Positions 45,586-55,279 of a stretch of 64,000 nt of DNA are shown here, piece by piece. Position numbers and translations under genes: made by a program. How positions within the stretch are numbered: position 1 is the first letter of the stretch; each line of letters starts with the position of its first letter. The notes beneath the pieces were generated by a model. It made no database searches and was not told the origin of the DNA. It saw nothing but the letters and a program-made list of their open reading frames with translations. Origin of the DNA: a virus; IMG/VR virus record IMGVR_UViG_3300050821_018642, positions 5,133 through 69,132 of that record. One strand, 5' to 3'.

Positions 45586-47522
45586 GCTACCTCCTTGAAT
45601 TTTTCCAGGAATCCCCAATTGGGCCCTACTTCACCGTCGCTCAACATTGGGATGTCTGTTTCAATGCTAAGCATGCATTCCTTCATGATTTTCTGTTCTT
45701 CCTTCATAGCTTTAGGTGGGCAGCTGAAGTTGATCTCGTCATAGACAGTTACCACGAACCTACCGCGACGCTTAGGATGACTATCATACCTGATTAGTGT
45801 CTCCTTAGTAACGTCTGCACCACTTCCTTGTAGCAGATAGTTCAATAATTTGTACTCATAGGTCATATCACGCCCGTAGAACTCACTGTACGTTGGCGGT
45901 TCGCAGTAGTACAACCTACCGCCCCACGTCCTGATGGGCGCGCCGTTAGGCCCATAACTCTTATCACGAGCCAGTTCCTTGAGCTGATCATCCAGTTCCT
46001 TGATGGACGGAACCGCTGCGTTGATGGCTCGCTGGATGATCTGCGCTACCGGCTTATCCTCTTCAGGAAGATGCAAGGCGTCCATCAGTCCGCTCAGACC
46101 CTGTCCGTACACACGACCGAACACGCAGGTCTTAGCCGTATCTCGATCGAAGCTATCACGTAGCATAGCCTCAATCAAGCGTCGCTCGGCCTCAGCACGC
46201 ACATTCTCATGTATGTCGAACTTAGGGTCATTAAGAAAGCCTTGCATTACCTGGCCTTCTTCGAAGTGACCGAAGAGCCTTAATTCTTGCTGATTGAAAT
46301 CGCGCTTTCCCCATTGCTCGCCATTGTCAGGTAAACAGTACTGACGCATATAAGGTAGCTCCGGTACCCTTAGCCAAGCTGGATGTACATACCCGGAGCT
46401 AGCCGCGCGCTTCCATTTTTTAGGAATGTTCAGGAAGTTCGGTCTGGAGCATATAATCCGACCACTTCGTGCGCCAGACATATCCTTACCGCCATTGCGC
46501 GAACTACGCACCTGCGACCAGTTAGGGAACAGCGATCCGTGACCGACTGTACCTAGTTCCAACCAAGGCTCAGCGAACATATTGATACACGTCGCCATCT
46601 GTCCACGGTACTGAAGAGCGTGATACACACGCTTATCCTTGAAGCGGTCCAGTATCAGGTACTTCTTACTGACACTGAGCTGCCCCTTGGGCGTGCGTTT
46701 GAATTCAGTAACAATACCTTTGTTGTAAAGTGCCTCACCCAGCTGGCGGTCGCTATCGATGTTATCGATGCCGAGGCGCTTCCTGAGCCACACATCAGCC
46801 TTTTCAACTCCGGCCTTCATCGCCGGCAGATCGCGCTCTAGGCCGTCCACGTCCGTACGCATACCTACACGTGCGTTACGTAGTAGGATTGGCATTAAAC
46901 GACGATCGCGGTCGTACGCCTTACCCATCTCCGCATCTATAATGCGTGGATACAGAAGGTTGAATAGCCTACCAGTGCGTACTAGATCTCCCTTGTGGTA
47001 TGGCTTCACTATTTGATACGGGCACATCCATAGATACTGACCCCATTCACTAGGCTTCTTCTTAGCCTCCGGAACATTGGCTAGTACCCACTCCTTGACG
47101 CGATCCTGCTCCTCCGGCGGGATACCGAGTAACCGTTCTGCCGTAGGCTTCAACGCTAGCGACTCAGCGTGCGGATCATCCAGGAACGTCAGATACATAG
47201 TATCATAGGTACGTTCCCATGGTAAAATTGGTAAATCCCAGTGCGCCTCAGCCACATCATGGTCGAATGATCCATACTGTGTAAGTATTGGATAGCGGCT
47301 GTTGTACGCCTTGACTAGCTCACCGCGCCCCTGCTTCTCCGTGCAGTTATTACCGTGAGCCTTAGTACCATCGCCGTGACCCCACGCCATCAATATGTAA
47401 TCCGACCGGTCAGGCCACTTGAGTGCCAGCGACACCGCTTTGGGTGGGTAGTTAGGACGAGGTAGAATACCCTTAGTCTCAAAATCGAAGATTATACAAT
47501 CGGGAGCCTTAGTGCGTGGCAC
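45582..47522 (-). CDS. DNA polymerase I family (3'-5' exonuclease plus polymerase; no 5' nuclease domain)
   Basis: Exo I IFDFET; motif A region RRLMPIL; motif B R....K...FGRVYG; motif C VYDEINF; GTG start with GGAG RBS. Confidence 0.85.
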   Translation of the reverse strand: MPRTKAPDCIIFDFETKGILPRPNYPPKAVSLALKWPDRSDYILMAWGHGDGTKAHGNNCTEKQGRGELVKAYNSRYPILTQYGSFDHDVAEAHWDLPILPWERTYDTMYLTFLDDPHAESLALKPTAERLLGIPPEEQDRVKEWVLANVPEAKKKPSEWGQYLWMCPYQIVKPYHKGDLVRTGRLFNLLYPRIIDAEMGKAYDRDRRLMPILLRNARVGMRTDVDGLERDLPAMKAGVEKADVWLRKRLGIDNIDSDRQLGEALYNKGIVTEFKRTPKGQLSVSKKYLILDRFKDKRVYHALQYRGQMATCINMFAEPWLELGTVGHGSLFPNWSQVRSSRNGGKDMSGARSGRIICSRPNFLNIPKKWKRAASSGYVHPAWLRVPELPYMRQYCLPDNGEQWGKRDFNQQELRLFGHFEEGQVMQGFLNDPKFDIHENVRAEAERRLIEAMLRDSFDRDTAKTCVFGRVYGQGLSGLMDALHLPEEDKPVAQIIQRAINAAVPSIKELDDQLKELARDKSYGPNGAPIRTWGGRLYYCEPPTYSEFYGRDMTYEYKLLNYLLQGSGADVTKETLIRYDSHPKRRGRFVVTVYDEINFSCPPKAMKEEQKIMKECMLSIETDIPMLSDGEVGPNWGFLEKFKEVA

Positions 47523-47531
47523 AGCGTTCTC

Positions 47532-47834
47532 CTAGAGTTCAAGTGCAGGTAAGCCAGCAAGTCGTTCACTTAGACGCAAATTCGCCAGTCGTATATCTTC
47601 CTTCAACGACTTGGCAACTTCCTTGTGTAAGTCCCGATGCCACGTATCATGTACGTCCAGGTTATGTTGATCCACCTGCGCGCCGCAAGTTATACAAGCG
47701 TACACTACGCCACCGTTATAAGACGTTTCTTCACCCTGGTGGAAACGAGCCATTACATTTGAGTGACGATCTACTCCATCATCACAGGCTCCAGCGTGTC
47801 CACCACTTCCCTTGTCGCACTCACCGTAGCTCAC
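47532..47834 (-). CDS. small zinc-ribbon protein
   Basis: GTGA overlap start with AAGGAGG RBS; Cys pairs CDKG...C and CITC. Confidence 0.3.
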   Translation of the reverse strand: MSYGECDKGSGGHAGACDDGVDRHSNVMARFHQGEETSYNGGVVYACITCGAQVDQHNLDVHDTWHRDLHKEVAKSLKEDIRLANLRLSERLAGLPALEL

Positions 47835-48058
47835 GACGCCTCCTTCTTCAATGCTTCTAGTTCGTTCGCCCGTCGTACGGCGCTTAGACGGCCGTAGATA
47901 CGCTTGATACGCGTCTTCCGACCGTCCGCCGTAGCTGCTGCCAGCCAGCACTGAAGTTCCACTTCATCCGTACACTCCAAGAGTACACGGTTCAGTTCCG
48001 GCCAGTTCAACGCAAGTACTTCTTCGACTGTCATGCGATAACGCTCGTACCGCGCCAC
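47831..48058 (-). CDS. hypothetical protein
   Basis: 75-aa ORF. Confidence 0.3.
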   Translation of the reverse strand: MARYERYRMTVEEVLALNWPELNRVLLECTDEVELQCWLAAATADGRKTRIKRIYGRLSAVRRANELEALKKEAS

Positions 48059-48213
48059 CGACGCTTGCGATCTATAGCTTTCCTCTTCGTATATTTACGC
48101 TTGACTGGTGTGTCGCCACGTAATATACTTGCCACCTTCTCCATGCGAGTGGCCATTTCTCGATGATGCGCAGCTTCCTTCAACAACGATGCTACAATCT
48201 TTTCCCTGTCCAT
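48031..48213 (-). CDS. hypothetical protein
   Basis: 60 aa; GGAGGA RBS. Confidence 0.3.
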   Translation of the reverse strand: MDREKIVASLLKEAAHHREMATRMEKVASILRGDTPVKRKYTKRKAIDRKRRWRGTSVIA

Positions 48214-48413
48214 TTAGATATCCTCCTACGAAGTAGTAGGACGCCGCTGCCAAGGCGACGTCCTTCGTTAGATCGAGCGTTACTACTGCTTCTTTACAGC
48301 AGCCTGGACAAATGGTTTACACATTTCCAGTAATTGCGCTGCTATGTCGAAGAACTTAGCAACTGCTAAGTCACGCTTCACTTGCGCTGCGTTAGTATAT
48401 GCGCTTGCCATTG

Positions 48414-49214
48414 TTACTTCTTCGCCTTTACACCGGCGAACTTCTTGCTCTTACCAGCAGCGCTCTTCGGCGCTGTCTTCTTATCAGACGGCGCTGGATA
48501 CGGCGTCTGTAATACATCCTGAATCTTCAGGAAGCGCTTCTCCAATGCCGTGAGGATATCATCGTCCTCGATGAGTTCCACCATCTTGAATTCCAGGCGA
48601 ATCTGCGTAGCTTCATCGTCCTGGCTGTCAATCTGGGTGACCACGGCCCACGGCGGACGCCCGTACTCTTCTTCCAGCATGGACACGTAGGTCTTGTAGC
48701 GCTTGAGGTTGGTTGGTGAGATGCCTGCGGTAGCGATCTCTGACGAAGCAGCAGTAGCGCCGTCCTCCACGTCCTTGGATAGTAACACGCCCAATCGCAG
48801 CGTATTAGCGCAAGCCTTGCCTTTACCGACCTTGGCCGTGCCAAAAACGTTCTTCTCACAATCGGCACACAGAACAGACTGTTTTTCCTTGACCGTAGCG
48901 TGCGGTGCCATGGATGGATCATCGGCAACGATCGCGAATGCGTAGCAGTCAGGTGGCTGCTTATTATCCTTGTCGTAACCGGCCTTGAACCACCGATTAT
49001 GCGCGCAGCTGCCTAGGATGATACAATCCAGCTTGGAACCGCTGATCTTAGTGCCGCCAACGCTGACACTGTTATGGCCCCAGCTGATTCCAATACCACC
49101 GCCGCCAATGCTCTTGACTTGCTCAGTAGTCTCCTTGGCGTACTGCGCGAACTTCTCTTTCCACGGCACGATTGCTGTGGACTTACCTTTTGCTGCCGTT
49201 TTCTTAGGTGCCAT
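48414..49214 (-). CDS. basic zinc-binding protein (nucleic-acid-binding candidate)
   Basis: Lys-rich termini, CxxC..CxxC cysteines and an acidic segment. Confidence 0.4.
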   Translation of the reverse strand: MAPKKTAAKGKSTAIVPWKEKFAQYAKETTEQVKSIGGGGIGISWGHNSVSVGGTKISGSKLDCIILGSCAHNRWFKAGYDKDNKQPPDCYAFAIVADDPSMAPHATVKEKQSVLCADCEKNVFGTAKVGKGKACANTLRLGVLLSKDVEDGATAASSEIATAGISPTNLKRYKTYVSMLEEEYGRPPWAVVTQIDSQDDEATQIRLEFKMVELIEDDDILTALEKRFLKIQDVLQTPYPAPSDKKTAPKSAAGKSKKFAGVKAKK

Positions 49215-49275
49215 TACGTTCCATTCTCCTTGCTACGGTTGTGGCTCTTCGCCGGTTACCTGTAAGTACCTACGT

Positions 49276-49707
49276 TCATTGCCCAGAATCGAATGAACCA
49301 CCAGAATCACTACTTGACGACGAGTCGTAAGATGACGAACCGGAATCGCTACTTGACATATCGCTCGATGTATCGCTCGATGTATCGCTCGATGTATCCG
49401 TAGCAGGCGCGTCGAACATTCCCTCGACACCGGCTCCGCTGAAGGCTCCGCCGTCGAATCCCTGGAACCCTGGAGCCTCATCAGCTACCGCTGCGGCGGT
49501 AGATGCTACAACGCTGGCGCTCGGTCCGCTGTCCAGGATGGACTCAGCCGCTAATACACCCAGCGCCGTACTAGCGAAGTTGTCATCGTCATCATTGGTG
49601 GTAGACGCGTTACGTGCCCGTAACGAGGCTTCTTCGTGTCGTTGCCGATGTTCGCGGCAACTGACGCAATCAGTGTGAAAATGCAAGTGGTGAAAACAAT
49701 GATCCAT
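49276..49707 (-). CDS. acidic Ser/Asp-rich low-complexity protein
   Basis: Excellent RBS AAGGAG 8 nt before ATG; Cys/His-rich N-terminus; contains 3.3 copies of a 12-nt tandem repeat encoding TSSD. Confidence 0.5.
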   Translation of the reverse strand: MDHCFHHLHFHTDCVSCREHRQRHEEASLRARNASTTNDDDDNFASTALGVLAAESILDSGPSASVVASTAAAVADEAPGFQGFDGGAFSGAGVEGMFDAPATDTSSDTSSDTSSDMSSSDSGSSSYDSSSSSDSGGSFDSGQ

Positions 49708-49719
49708 GTCCGTTTCTCC

Positions 49720-50334
49720 TTAGTAAATTGATGGTAGTACTTCTTCCACATCCGGAACTCCCAGGATGTGATCAACGCGTGAATGCGCGTTCTTCAAAAA
49801 CACGGTTAGTACGGACTCCGCCGCCGCGTAACTAGTCCCTGCTTGGCGGGCAAGCCAGTTCACCTCCGTCTCTTCTAAGGTGCGTTCGTCTTGCATACGC
49901 AGAATCGCTATAGCATCCTGCAACTGACGAACGCGCGTCGTCGCTTCATCCTCCTTAGGCAGCATCTTACTGTACGGTAAGGGCCACAGTAGCGTGACCC
50001 GTCGGTTGTAGGCTTTGGCGGCGTCGCGTAGGTTATCCGGGACCAGCTCCGTCGGGATTAGCTGTCCCAGAGTTCCATACTGCGCCACACGGTCCAGGTG
50101 CTCACGAGCCAGCCGTTGCAGCTTCTGATAATTCGCACCGACTTCGCGCATCATCACGTACTGCATAGCAACCATGTAGCCGTAGTTGTACTGAGCCAGC
50201 CATTCCGCCGCCAGGGCTACATCTATCTCCCGAGCACATTGCAGCTCTGTCAACACCACCCGTCTGTGCAGCAAAATGCACGCTCCTAAAAGGCCGAGTA
50301 CACATCCGCCGGCAAAAAATAAGAAGTACATCAT
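49720..50334 (-). CDS. membrane-anchored hypothetical protein
   Basis: N-terminal TM segment MMYFLFFAGGCVLGLLGACILL. Confidence 0.4.
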   Translation of the reverse strand: MMYFLFFAGGCVLGLLGACILLHRRVVLTELQCAREIDVALAAEWLAQYNYGYMVAMQYVMMREVGANYQKLQRLAREHLDRVAQYGTLGQLIPTELVPDNLRDAAKAYNRRVTLLWPLPYSKMLPKEDEATTRVRQLQDAIAILRMQDERTLEETEVNWLARQAGTSYAAAESVLTVFLKNAHSRVDHILGVPDVEEVLPSIY

Positions 50335-50873
50335 TTCTTCTTACCTCCCAGTTTCGTGCAAGATACTTTCTTCGCCACGAACTTACCAACGCCCGGGACC
50401 TGCTTCTTTGCATCCCACCGTTCCACGATGGCCTTGCGGTTGGGAGCACGGTTTAGCAGTTCGAACGACCTGGTCTTGCGAATGTGCTCGTAGAACTTAT
50501 CCCAGTCGTCAATGGTGGGTATTACGCTGTCCGTAATCTGGACGCGCGCCTGCATACCCTGGACGCCGCTACTTTCGCCCACGGCCAGCGTATCGATGAA
50601 GTGCGTCTCCACCACTTTGATGGACGGACCCAACACGTCGATGAACGGCGCTGACAACGAGCTCAGCTGTTTACCCACCTGTTCCAGGTCGTACAGTAGG
50701 TCAGCCAATGAACCGACAGGCAACTTCTTAGGGTCCAGCTTGCTGAGTATAAGTGTGAGACGCTTCACGGCCGGAGCCAGCGCCTTATTGGCTACGCCCA
50801 ACTCCTTGAGAATGGAAACATCCGGAGCACTATTCGTCTTCATCGTCGCCCTCTTCATCGTAGTTATCGTCAT
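50331..50873 (-). CDS. hypothetical protein
   Basis: 180-aa ORF. Confidence 0.4.
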   Translation of the reverse strand: MTITTMKRATMKTNSAPDVSILKELGVANKALAPAVKRLTLILSKLDPKKLPVGSLADLLYDLEQVGKQLSSLSAPFIDVLGPSIKVVETHFIDTLAVGESSGVQGMQARVQITDSVIPTIDDWDKFYEHIRKTRSFELLNRAPNRKAIVERWDAKKQVPGVGKFVAKKVSCTKLGGKKK

Positions 50874-51198
50874 TGACTATAGTTACTTCGAATGCGTGCA
50901 GTACGTAGTTACCGCCATCTTGCAACAGCGTTCCAATATAGTCTACGTCACTATCTCGATATGGCAGCAACTGGCCAGTTTCCACCAAGATGAACATTCG
51001 CTTGGTAGTTTTGCGCTTGCCATCAGCCAGAGCCCATAAGCAGGATTGTGAATTCTGCTGTTGTACGCACAATAACTCCGCACCACGTGGCATATCCACC
51101 GTCTGTAGTGCACCCTGCGTAAGAACGTACTTAAAGACTTTGAACTCGCGCACCCTGAACTCCCTTCGTAGGTGTAAAGTTACTGCGTTTACTACCAA
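50830..51198 (-). CDS. hypothetical protein with acidic tail
   Basis: 122-aa ORF; start uncertain. Confidence 0.3.
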   Translation of the reverse strand: MVVNAVTLHLRREFRVREFKVFKYVLTQGALQTVDMPRGAELLCVQQQNSQSCLWALADGKRKTTKRMFILVETGQLLPYRDSDVDYIGTLLQDGGNYVLHAFEVTIVNDDNYDEEGDDEDE

Positions 51199-51469
51199 TG
51201 TGTCCGATGTCCGTGCGTAGTATTACCTTCGGACTCAGCTCTCGTTGACGCGCCGTGACGGTAGCGCTCAACTTGGCTATGTAGCGGTTAAGCGCCGTCT
51301 CGCACGAATCCATCGCGGCCGGAATGGCGTGCCAGCGGTCCTTGACGCGCAGACCGTTGATGAACGCCTGCCAACGATGCTCCACAGGGCTCCAGGTTAG
51401 TTGGAACGCTTCATCCTGCCACTGCGCCACGTACTCCAGCGCCGTGACACGTTTCCATTTCAATAGCAT
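51131..51469 (-). CDS. hypothetical protein
   Basis: 112-aa ORF. Confidence 0.3.
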   Translation of the reverse strand: MLLKWKRVTALEYVAQWQDEAFQLTWSPVEHRWQAFINGLRVKDRWHAIPAAMDSCETALNRYIAKLSATVTARQRELSPKVILRTDIGHIGSKRSNFTPTKGVQGARVQSL

Positions 51470-51659
51470 TCACTTCCTCCTTGTAAGTACACTCAAGCTA
51501 CGCATCTTCACGCAGTACACTCAATTCACGGCTCCTTTAAGATGTAGTCGTTCGTCCGCAGTTACAAAGTAACCACGCCTAGTCTCCACCTATATACTGC
51601 GACCAGTCGGAGTGACGCAGTATCGCGCTGGTCGCGGAGCCGTGAATGGAGGGTACCTA

Positions 51660-51935
51660 TCATGAAATTCCAAATCCGTAATCAATCAAAGCAATCAGGT
51701 GCGCATCTTCTTCGCCCCTAGACTCCAGATTAAGCGTATCTGACTTACCACTACACGAACCATCGAGCAAGCAAAATTCACCAGCCGACAACGGCTTTAC
51801 GTCTGTGAAACCGTGCTTTCGCAGTGCCGTGCTCATTGCAGCGGCCATCGTGACGTGCACCAATAGGTTGTGGAATATGAACGGTATCTCGCACATTAGA
51901 CCGCCCCGCTTCGCGCTCAGCACCACGTACTTCAT
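51660..51935 (-). CDS. hypothetical protein
   Basis: Trimmed to the ATG overlapping the upstream stop. Confidence 0.3.
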   Translation of the reverse strand: MKYVVLSAKRGGLMCEIPFIFHNLLVHVTMAAAMSTALRKHGFTDVKPLSAGEFCLLDGSCSGKSDTLNLESRGEEDAHLIALIDYGFGIS

Positions 51936-52138
51936 ACCCGACCCTTCGGATCGCGCAGCAGCCCTTCCGAGTACCGCTCGATATCCACCAGCGCGCACCG
52001 TATGTCGCCTACTAGTTCTCCCCTGACCTGCGCGTCGCGCAAACCCGTGAATATGGCCTCCATGGCGCTCTTGGCCGTGGCCAGTTTGTCGGCGTCCAGC
52101 ACCACCTCGATGGTCAGCCGTTGCTTCTGATCACTCAC
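51932..52138 (-). CDS. hypothetical protein
   Basis: 68-aa ORF. Confidence 0.3.
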   Translation of the reverse strand: MSDQKQRLTIEVVLDADKLATAKSAMEAIFTGLRDAQVRGELVGDIRCALVDIERYSEGLLRDPKGRV

Positions 52139-52260
52139 TTCGCCGCCTCCTTGACACTGTGAATAGCGGCGTACCTACCTTCACCGCACAAAGCGCATTT
52201 CTGCGTGTAACTTATTGGTACGCTGACAATCGGCTTTGGTTTGAATACATGAGGCTTCAT
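52135..52260 (-). CDS. small zinc-ribbon protein
   Basis: Trimmed to MKPHVF...CALCGEGRY. Confidence 0.25.
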   Translation of the reverse strand: MKPHVFKPKPIVSVPISYTQKCALCGEGRYAAIHSVKEAAK

Positions 52261-52493
52261 CACTTCGCAACCTCCGTATTCACGCAGGAAATCGCCGCGC
52301 CAGATTGAGTAAAACCATCTGGAACCAAGCCGTAACAGGTAATGTGGTTGAGGTCGTCCTGCAACTGCCAAAGCGTGAACGAACCGGTGCGTCCGAAGTC
52401 GCGCGTCCGTATTCCGTGCGTCTGACCGATCAAAACGCCGATGTAAAGACCGAGCACCGCGATCAACACGGTCCAGCGCCAGTTCCACTTCAT
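52260..52493 (-). CDS. small membrane protein
   Basis: N-terminal TM segment WTVLIAVLGLYIGVLIG. Confidence 0.3.
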   Translation of the reverse strand: MKWNWRWTVLIAVLGLYIGVLIGQTHGIRTRDFGRTGSFTLWQLQDDLNHITCYGLVPDGFTQSGAAISCVNTEVAK

Positions 52494-52756
52494 TTCGCCT
52501 CCTTCACAGAACCATCGGCGTTAAGCACCGTGGTACTAACCACCTGCGCTTGATGCGGTACATCGCCCATCGCTTTGCGCAACGTACCTAGTAAGTTGTC
52601 CACGGTCACACCAGCGCGCAGTGGTACTTCTAACTCGATAACGTAGCGTTTGCGCGGTACGTTCATACGCGCCTTACTCTTGTGATACTCACGAACTCGC
52701 TGAGCTGCGCGTGCTGCATCTACGTCGTAACCTACATACGAACTCATATCTGTCAT
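52490..52756 (-). CDS. hypothetical protein
   Basis: 88-aa ORF coupled to the ligase gene. Confidence 0.3.
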   Translation of the reverse strand: MTDMSSYVGYDVDAARAAQRVREYHKSKARMNVPRKRYVIELEVPLRAGVTVDNLLGTLRKAMGDVPHQAQVVSTTVLNADGSVKEAK

Positions 52757-53691
52757 AAGAGCTCCTCAAACTTACAAGTACAGATTCGCGGTGCATCCTT
52801 GGCACCGGCCAGTTGGTGTTTGTAACGCACCACCTTGCCTACCTGCCGCTGCCACCAGTCGAACCCCTTGTCACGTAGCAAGTTGGTGGGAACCGTGAGG
52901 CTGAACTTCGCCTTGGTATCAATCTCTACTACATCCACCTTACCTATACGCTTGAAGTCTACTACCATCCCGGACTTCTTGCTGCTGCGTTTGCCGGTGG
53001 AAGTGCGCTCCTCATTCTTGTTATGCTCCAGGTAGCGTGGTGCGATAATACGTGCCTCTCCGTAATCGAAGCGCTTCAGCTTCACGAGGTAGAACTCGTT
53101 CACGGTGGAACGATTGTCCTTGCCCGGCTTCTGCGGGTAAGCTGGACCGTCCGCGCGCCGTAGCATTACGCCCTCATAGCCCTTCGCCAAGCACTTCGCC
53201 TCGAACGCCTCCAGCTGCTTACGGTTCTTGATCAGCGTCTGAGGAACGATACGCAACTGGCCGTGATTACGCCAAACGTTCAGCCCAGAATACATAGAGC
53301 TGATGGTTGGAAAAGCGCCGTATGCCCCGAACACATGGAACGCTCCGTGCTTGAAGAATTCCCACGCAGCCTCCTTGGACCCGCTGTTGACGCAATTCTG
53401 CGTCCTGTTAAAGACGTCCGAAGCCCACGGCGAACCCACCACTATCTCGCCGTCCAGGCCCTCCAGCTTGCCACTAGCGAACATTTCTTGCACGGTCGAA
53501 TTGCGATAGACGGTGCCCTTGCGGCTGACGCCTTGGTTGTTCTGGCCCATGATCCTGAAGCCGTCGATCTTGGGCGATCCCCACAACGGATACGGCAGCG
53601 CGTCCAGGTCCGCCGTGACCGGAAGCAATGCAGCCAACAACGGTTTCCAAAGCAGTTTCAACGTCCTTCTCCTTGCACCGTAGCGAACCAA
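52753..53691 (-). CDS. ATP-dependent DNA ligase
   Basis: Motif I SPKIDGFR (KxDGxR), III LDGEIVV, IV EGVMLR, V LVKLK. Confidence 0.7.
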   Translation of the reverse strand: MVRYGARRRTLKLLWKPLLAALLPVTADLDALPYPLWGSPKIDGFRIMGQNNQGVSRKGTVYRNSTVQEMFASGKLEGLDGEIVVGSPWASDVFNRTQNCVNSGSKEAAWEFFKHGAFHVFGAYGAFPTISSMYSGLNVWRNHGQLRIVPQTLIKNRKQLEAFEAKCLAKGYEGVMLRRADGPAYPQKPGKDNRSTVNEFYLVKLKRFDYGEARIIAPRYLEHNKNEERTSTGKRSSKKSGMVVDFKRIGKVDVVEIDTKAKFSLTVPTNLLRDKGFDWWQRQVGKVVRYKHQLAGAKDAPRICTCKFEELL

Positions 53692-53882
53692 ATACGGTGA
53701 ATCTCTTCAGTACTCACGCCGCACAACTCAGACGCGCGACGCTCAATCCACGGGACAATCGGCCCTAGCTCCACGTAGCCTTCAGAATCCGGTGCTAAGT
53801 GATCTTGAGCGTGGTCCTGTCGTGCGTACTCTCGCTCAGCTTGTTGCACGGCATCCATAACAGACAATCTTTCGTCGCTCAT
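53658..53882 (-). CDS. hypothetical protein
   Basis: 74-aa ORF. Confidence 0.25.
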   Translation of the reverse strand: MSDERLSVMDAVQQAEREYARQDHAQDHLAPDSEGYVELGPIVPWIERRASELCGVSTEEIHRIWFATVQGEGR

Positions 53883-53883
53883 T

Positions 53884-54132
53884 TCACTCCCACACGCGAA
53901 CCGAAAAGCGCTTCATGTACCTATCGACCGGGAAGCATCCGGCGTCGCGTATCAGACCTTCTACCAATCCACGCATACGCGATCCGAACGCCTCGCTGCC
54001 ACATACGAACACGATGCTGGTGCCGCTGGTTAATTGCAGCGCTAGCTTCACGGCTTGACGATAGGTCTTACCGCCCTGCTCGCTCACGCCCGCCGTCCTT
54101 TGCGGTCCTGCACTCTCATCTTGCTGAACCAC
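53884..54132 (-). CDS. hypothetical protein
   Basis: 82-aa ORF. Confidence 0.25.
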   Translation of the reverse strand: MVQQDESAGPQRTAGVSEQGGKTYRQAVKLALQLTSGTSIVFVCGSEAFGSRMRGLVEGLIRDAGCFPVDRYMKRFSVRVWE

Positions 54133-54329
54133 CAGCCCAAACCCACGAGACCGGCGCAGCCGAACGCAGTCGCTAGCGACAGCGCTATCAACGTGTTGTA
54201 GACCGTATCAACATCAATCGTCGCCATAATTCCTCCATACGTTGCGGTCTTGGAACAAAGAGCCCAAGGCCAAGGCTAACAGCATACATCCCACCACCAG
54301 TAGGACGTCAATCAAAATTTCATAAAGTC

Positions 54330-54668
54330 TCACACGACTTCCTCTTCCTTCTTCCACCAACGTTCCAGGAACCGCCACTCCGCGCGATTTGGTAGCTTCT
54401 CCGTAAGACCGCGACCGCCAAATTTGGCCCATGCATGGTGCGCGAGCGTCTCGCGCTTCAAGGTGTTCAGATACCGTCTGAGCCCGCGCCTGGTGCCGAA
54501 CTCCGCCGGACCTATACGCCTGCGCCGCTGCTGTCGCGCGGTGATGCCGGTGGCCTGCCGCTCGTGCCGGCTCATGGCTACGCTGCGGCGCAGCGGCGCG
54601 CCCGTGGGGTCGTTGTGTACACGCTGCGCGTTCAATGTACGCTTAAGCGCACCCATTATCTTGTTCAT
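54330..54668 (-). CDS. hypothetical basic protein
   Basis: 112-aa Arg-rich ORF. Confidence 0.25.
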   Translation of the reverse strand: MNKIMGALKRTLNAQRVHNDPTGAPLRRSVAMSRHERQATGITARQQRRRRIGPAEFGTRRGLRRYLNTLKRETLAHHAWAKFGGRGLTEKLPNRAEWRFLERWWKKEEEVV

Positions 54669-54991
54669 TTCTTCACTCTCCTGGCTTCCGGGTTCATACT
54701 ACATACAGCAGCGTGGCCGCGCAACGGCTCTCTGGACTTGTGACCGCACCCATACGGGCACACGTAAGAACCTTGAGTACCGACGATTAGCGTCGTACCA
54801 CGTTTCTCCGCCTTACGTTGACGAAATCGTTTCGGCTTATAGCCGGTAGTCCACTTGAAACGCGCCGTCCTAGGATTGCGCATTTTACACTTACTAAGAA
54901 CCCTGCGTTTGTGCTCCTCGAGAGCTTCAGTAACGAAGTCCCATTCATCGTTCTTGATGCTCCACATCCACAGGGTCCAGGTTACACTCAC
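54665..54991 (-). CDS. hypothetical protein with CPYGCGH motif
   Basis: 108-aa ORF. Confidence 0.3.
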   Translation of the reverse strand: MSVTWTLWMWSIKNDEWDFVTEALEEHKRRVLSKCKMRNPRTARFKWTTGYKPKRFRQRKAEKRGTTLIVGTQGSYVCPYGCGHKSREPLRGHAAVCSMNPEARRVKK

Positions 54992-55279
54992 TCCACATCC
55001 TCCTCTTCCACTACCTTGGGCGCGCCAGAATTAGCGCGAATCAGCAGTATTGCAACAACGAACGCCACCAGCCAACCCAATGCCTCGATTACACGTATCA
55101 CCTTGGGCCTCTCGCTCAGTAATTTACTAGAAAGTCTCCTTCTTTACTGATAACTACTTCATCAGTAGTTACAAGTTCCAACATTCTGTCACCTTCGCGA
55201 TAATCATACTGATACTCAGCGCGTTTAACTATTGCATCTTGCGGTAGCTTCTTTAGTAATTCGATGTATTCAGCTACTG

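Noticed and set aside
49349-49397. Tandem 12-nt repeat TATCGCTCGATG x3.3 considered as CRISPR or satellite
   Set aside because: The unit is too short. It is in-frame inside a well-supported ORF and encodes TSSD repeats, with no spacer or repeat architecture.
52135-52488. 117-aa ORF with Arg-rich N-terminus overlapping 52260..52493
   Set aside because: Only the last ~41 aa (MKPHVF...zinc ribbon) look protein-like; the rest overlaps a membrane-protein ORF in another frame.
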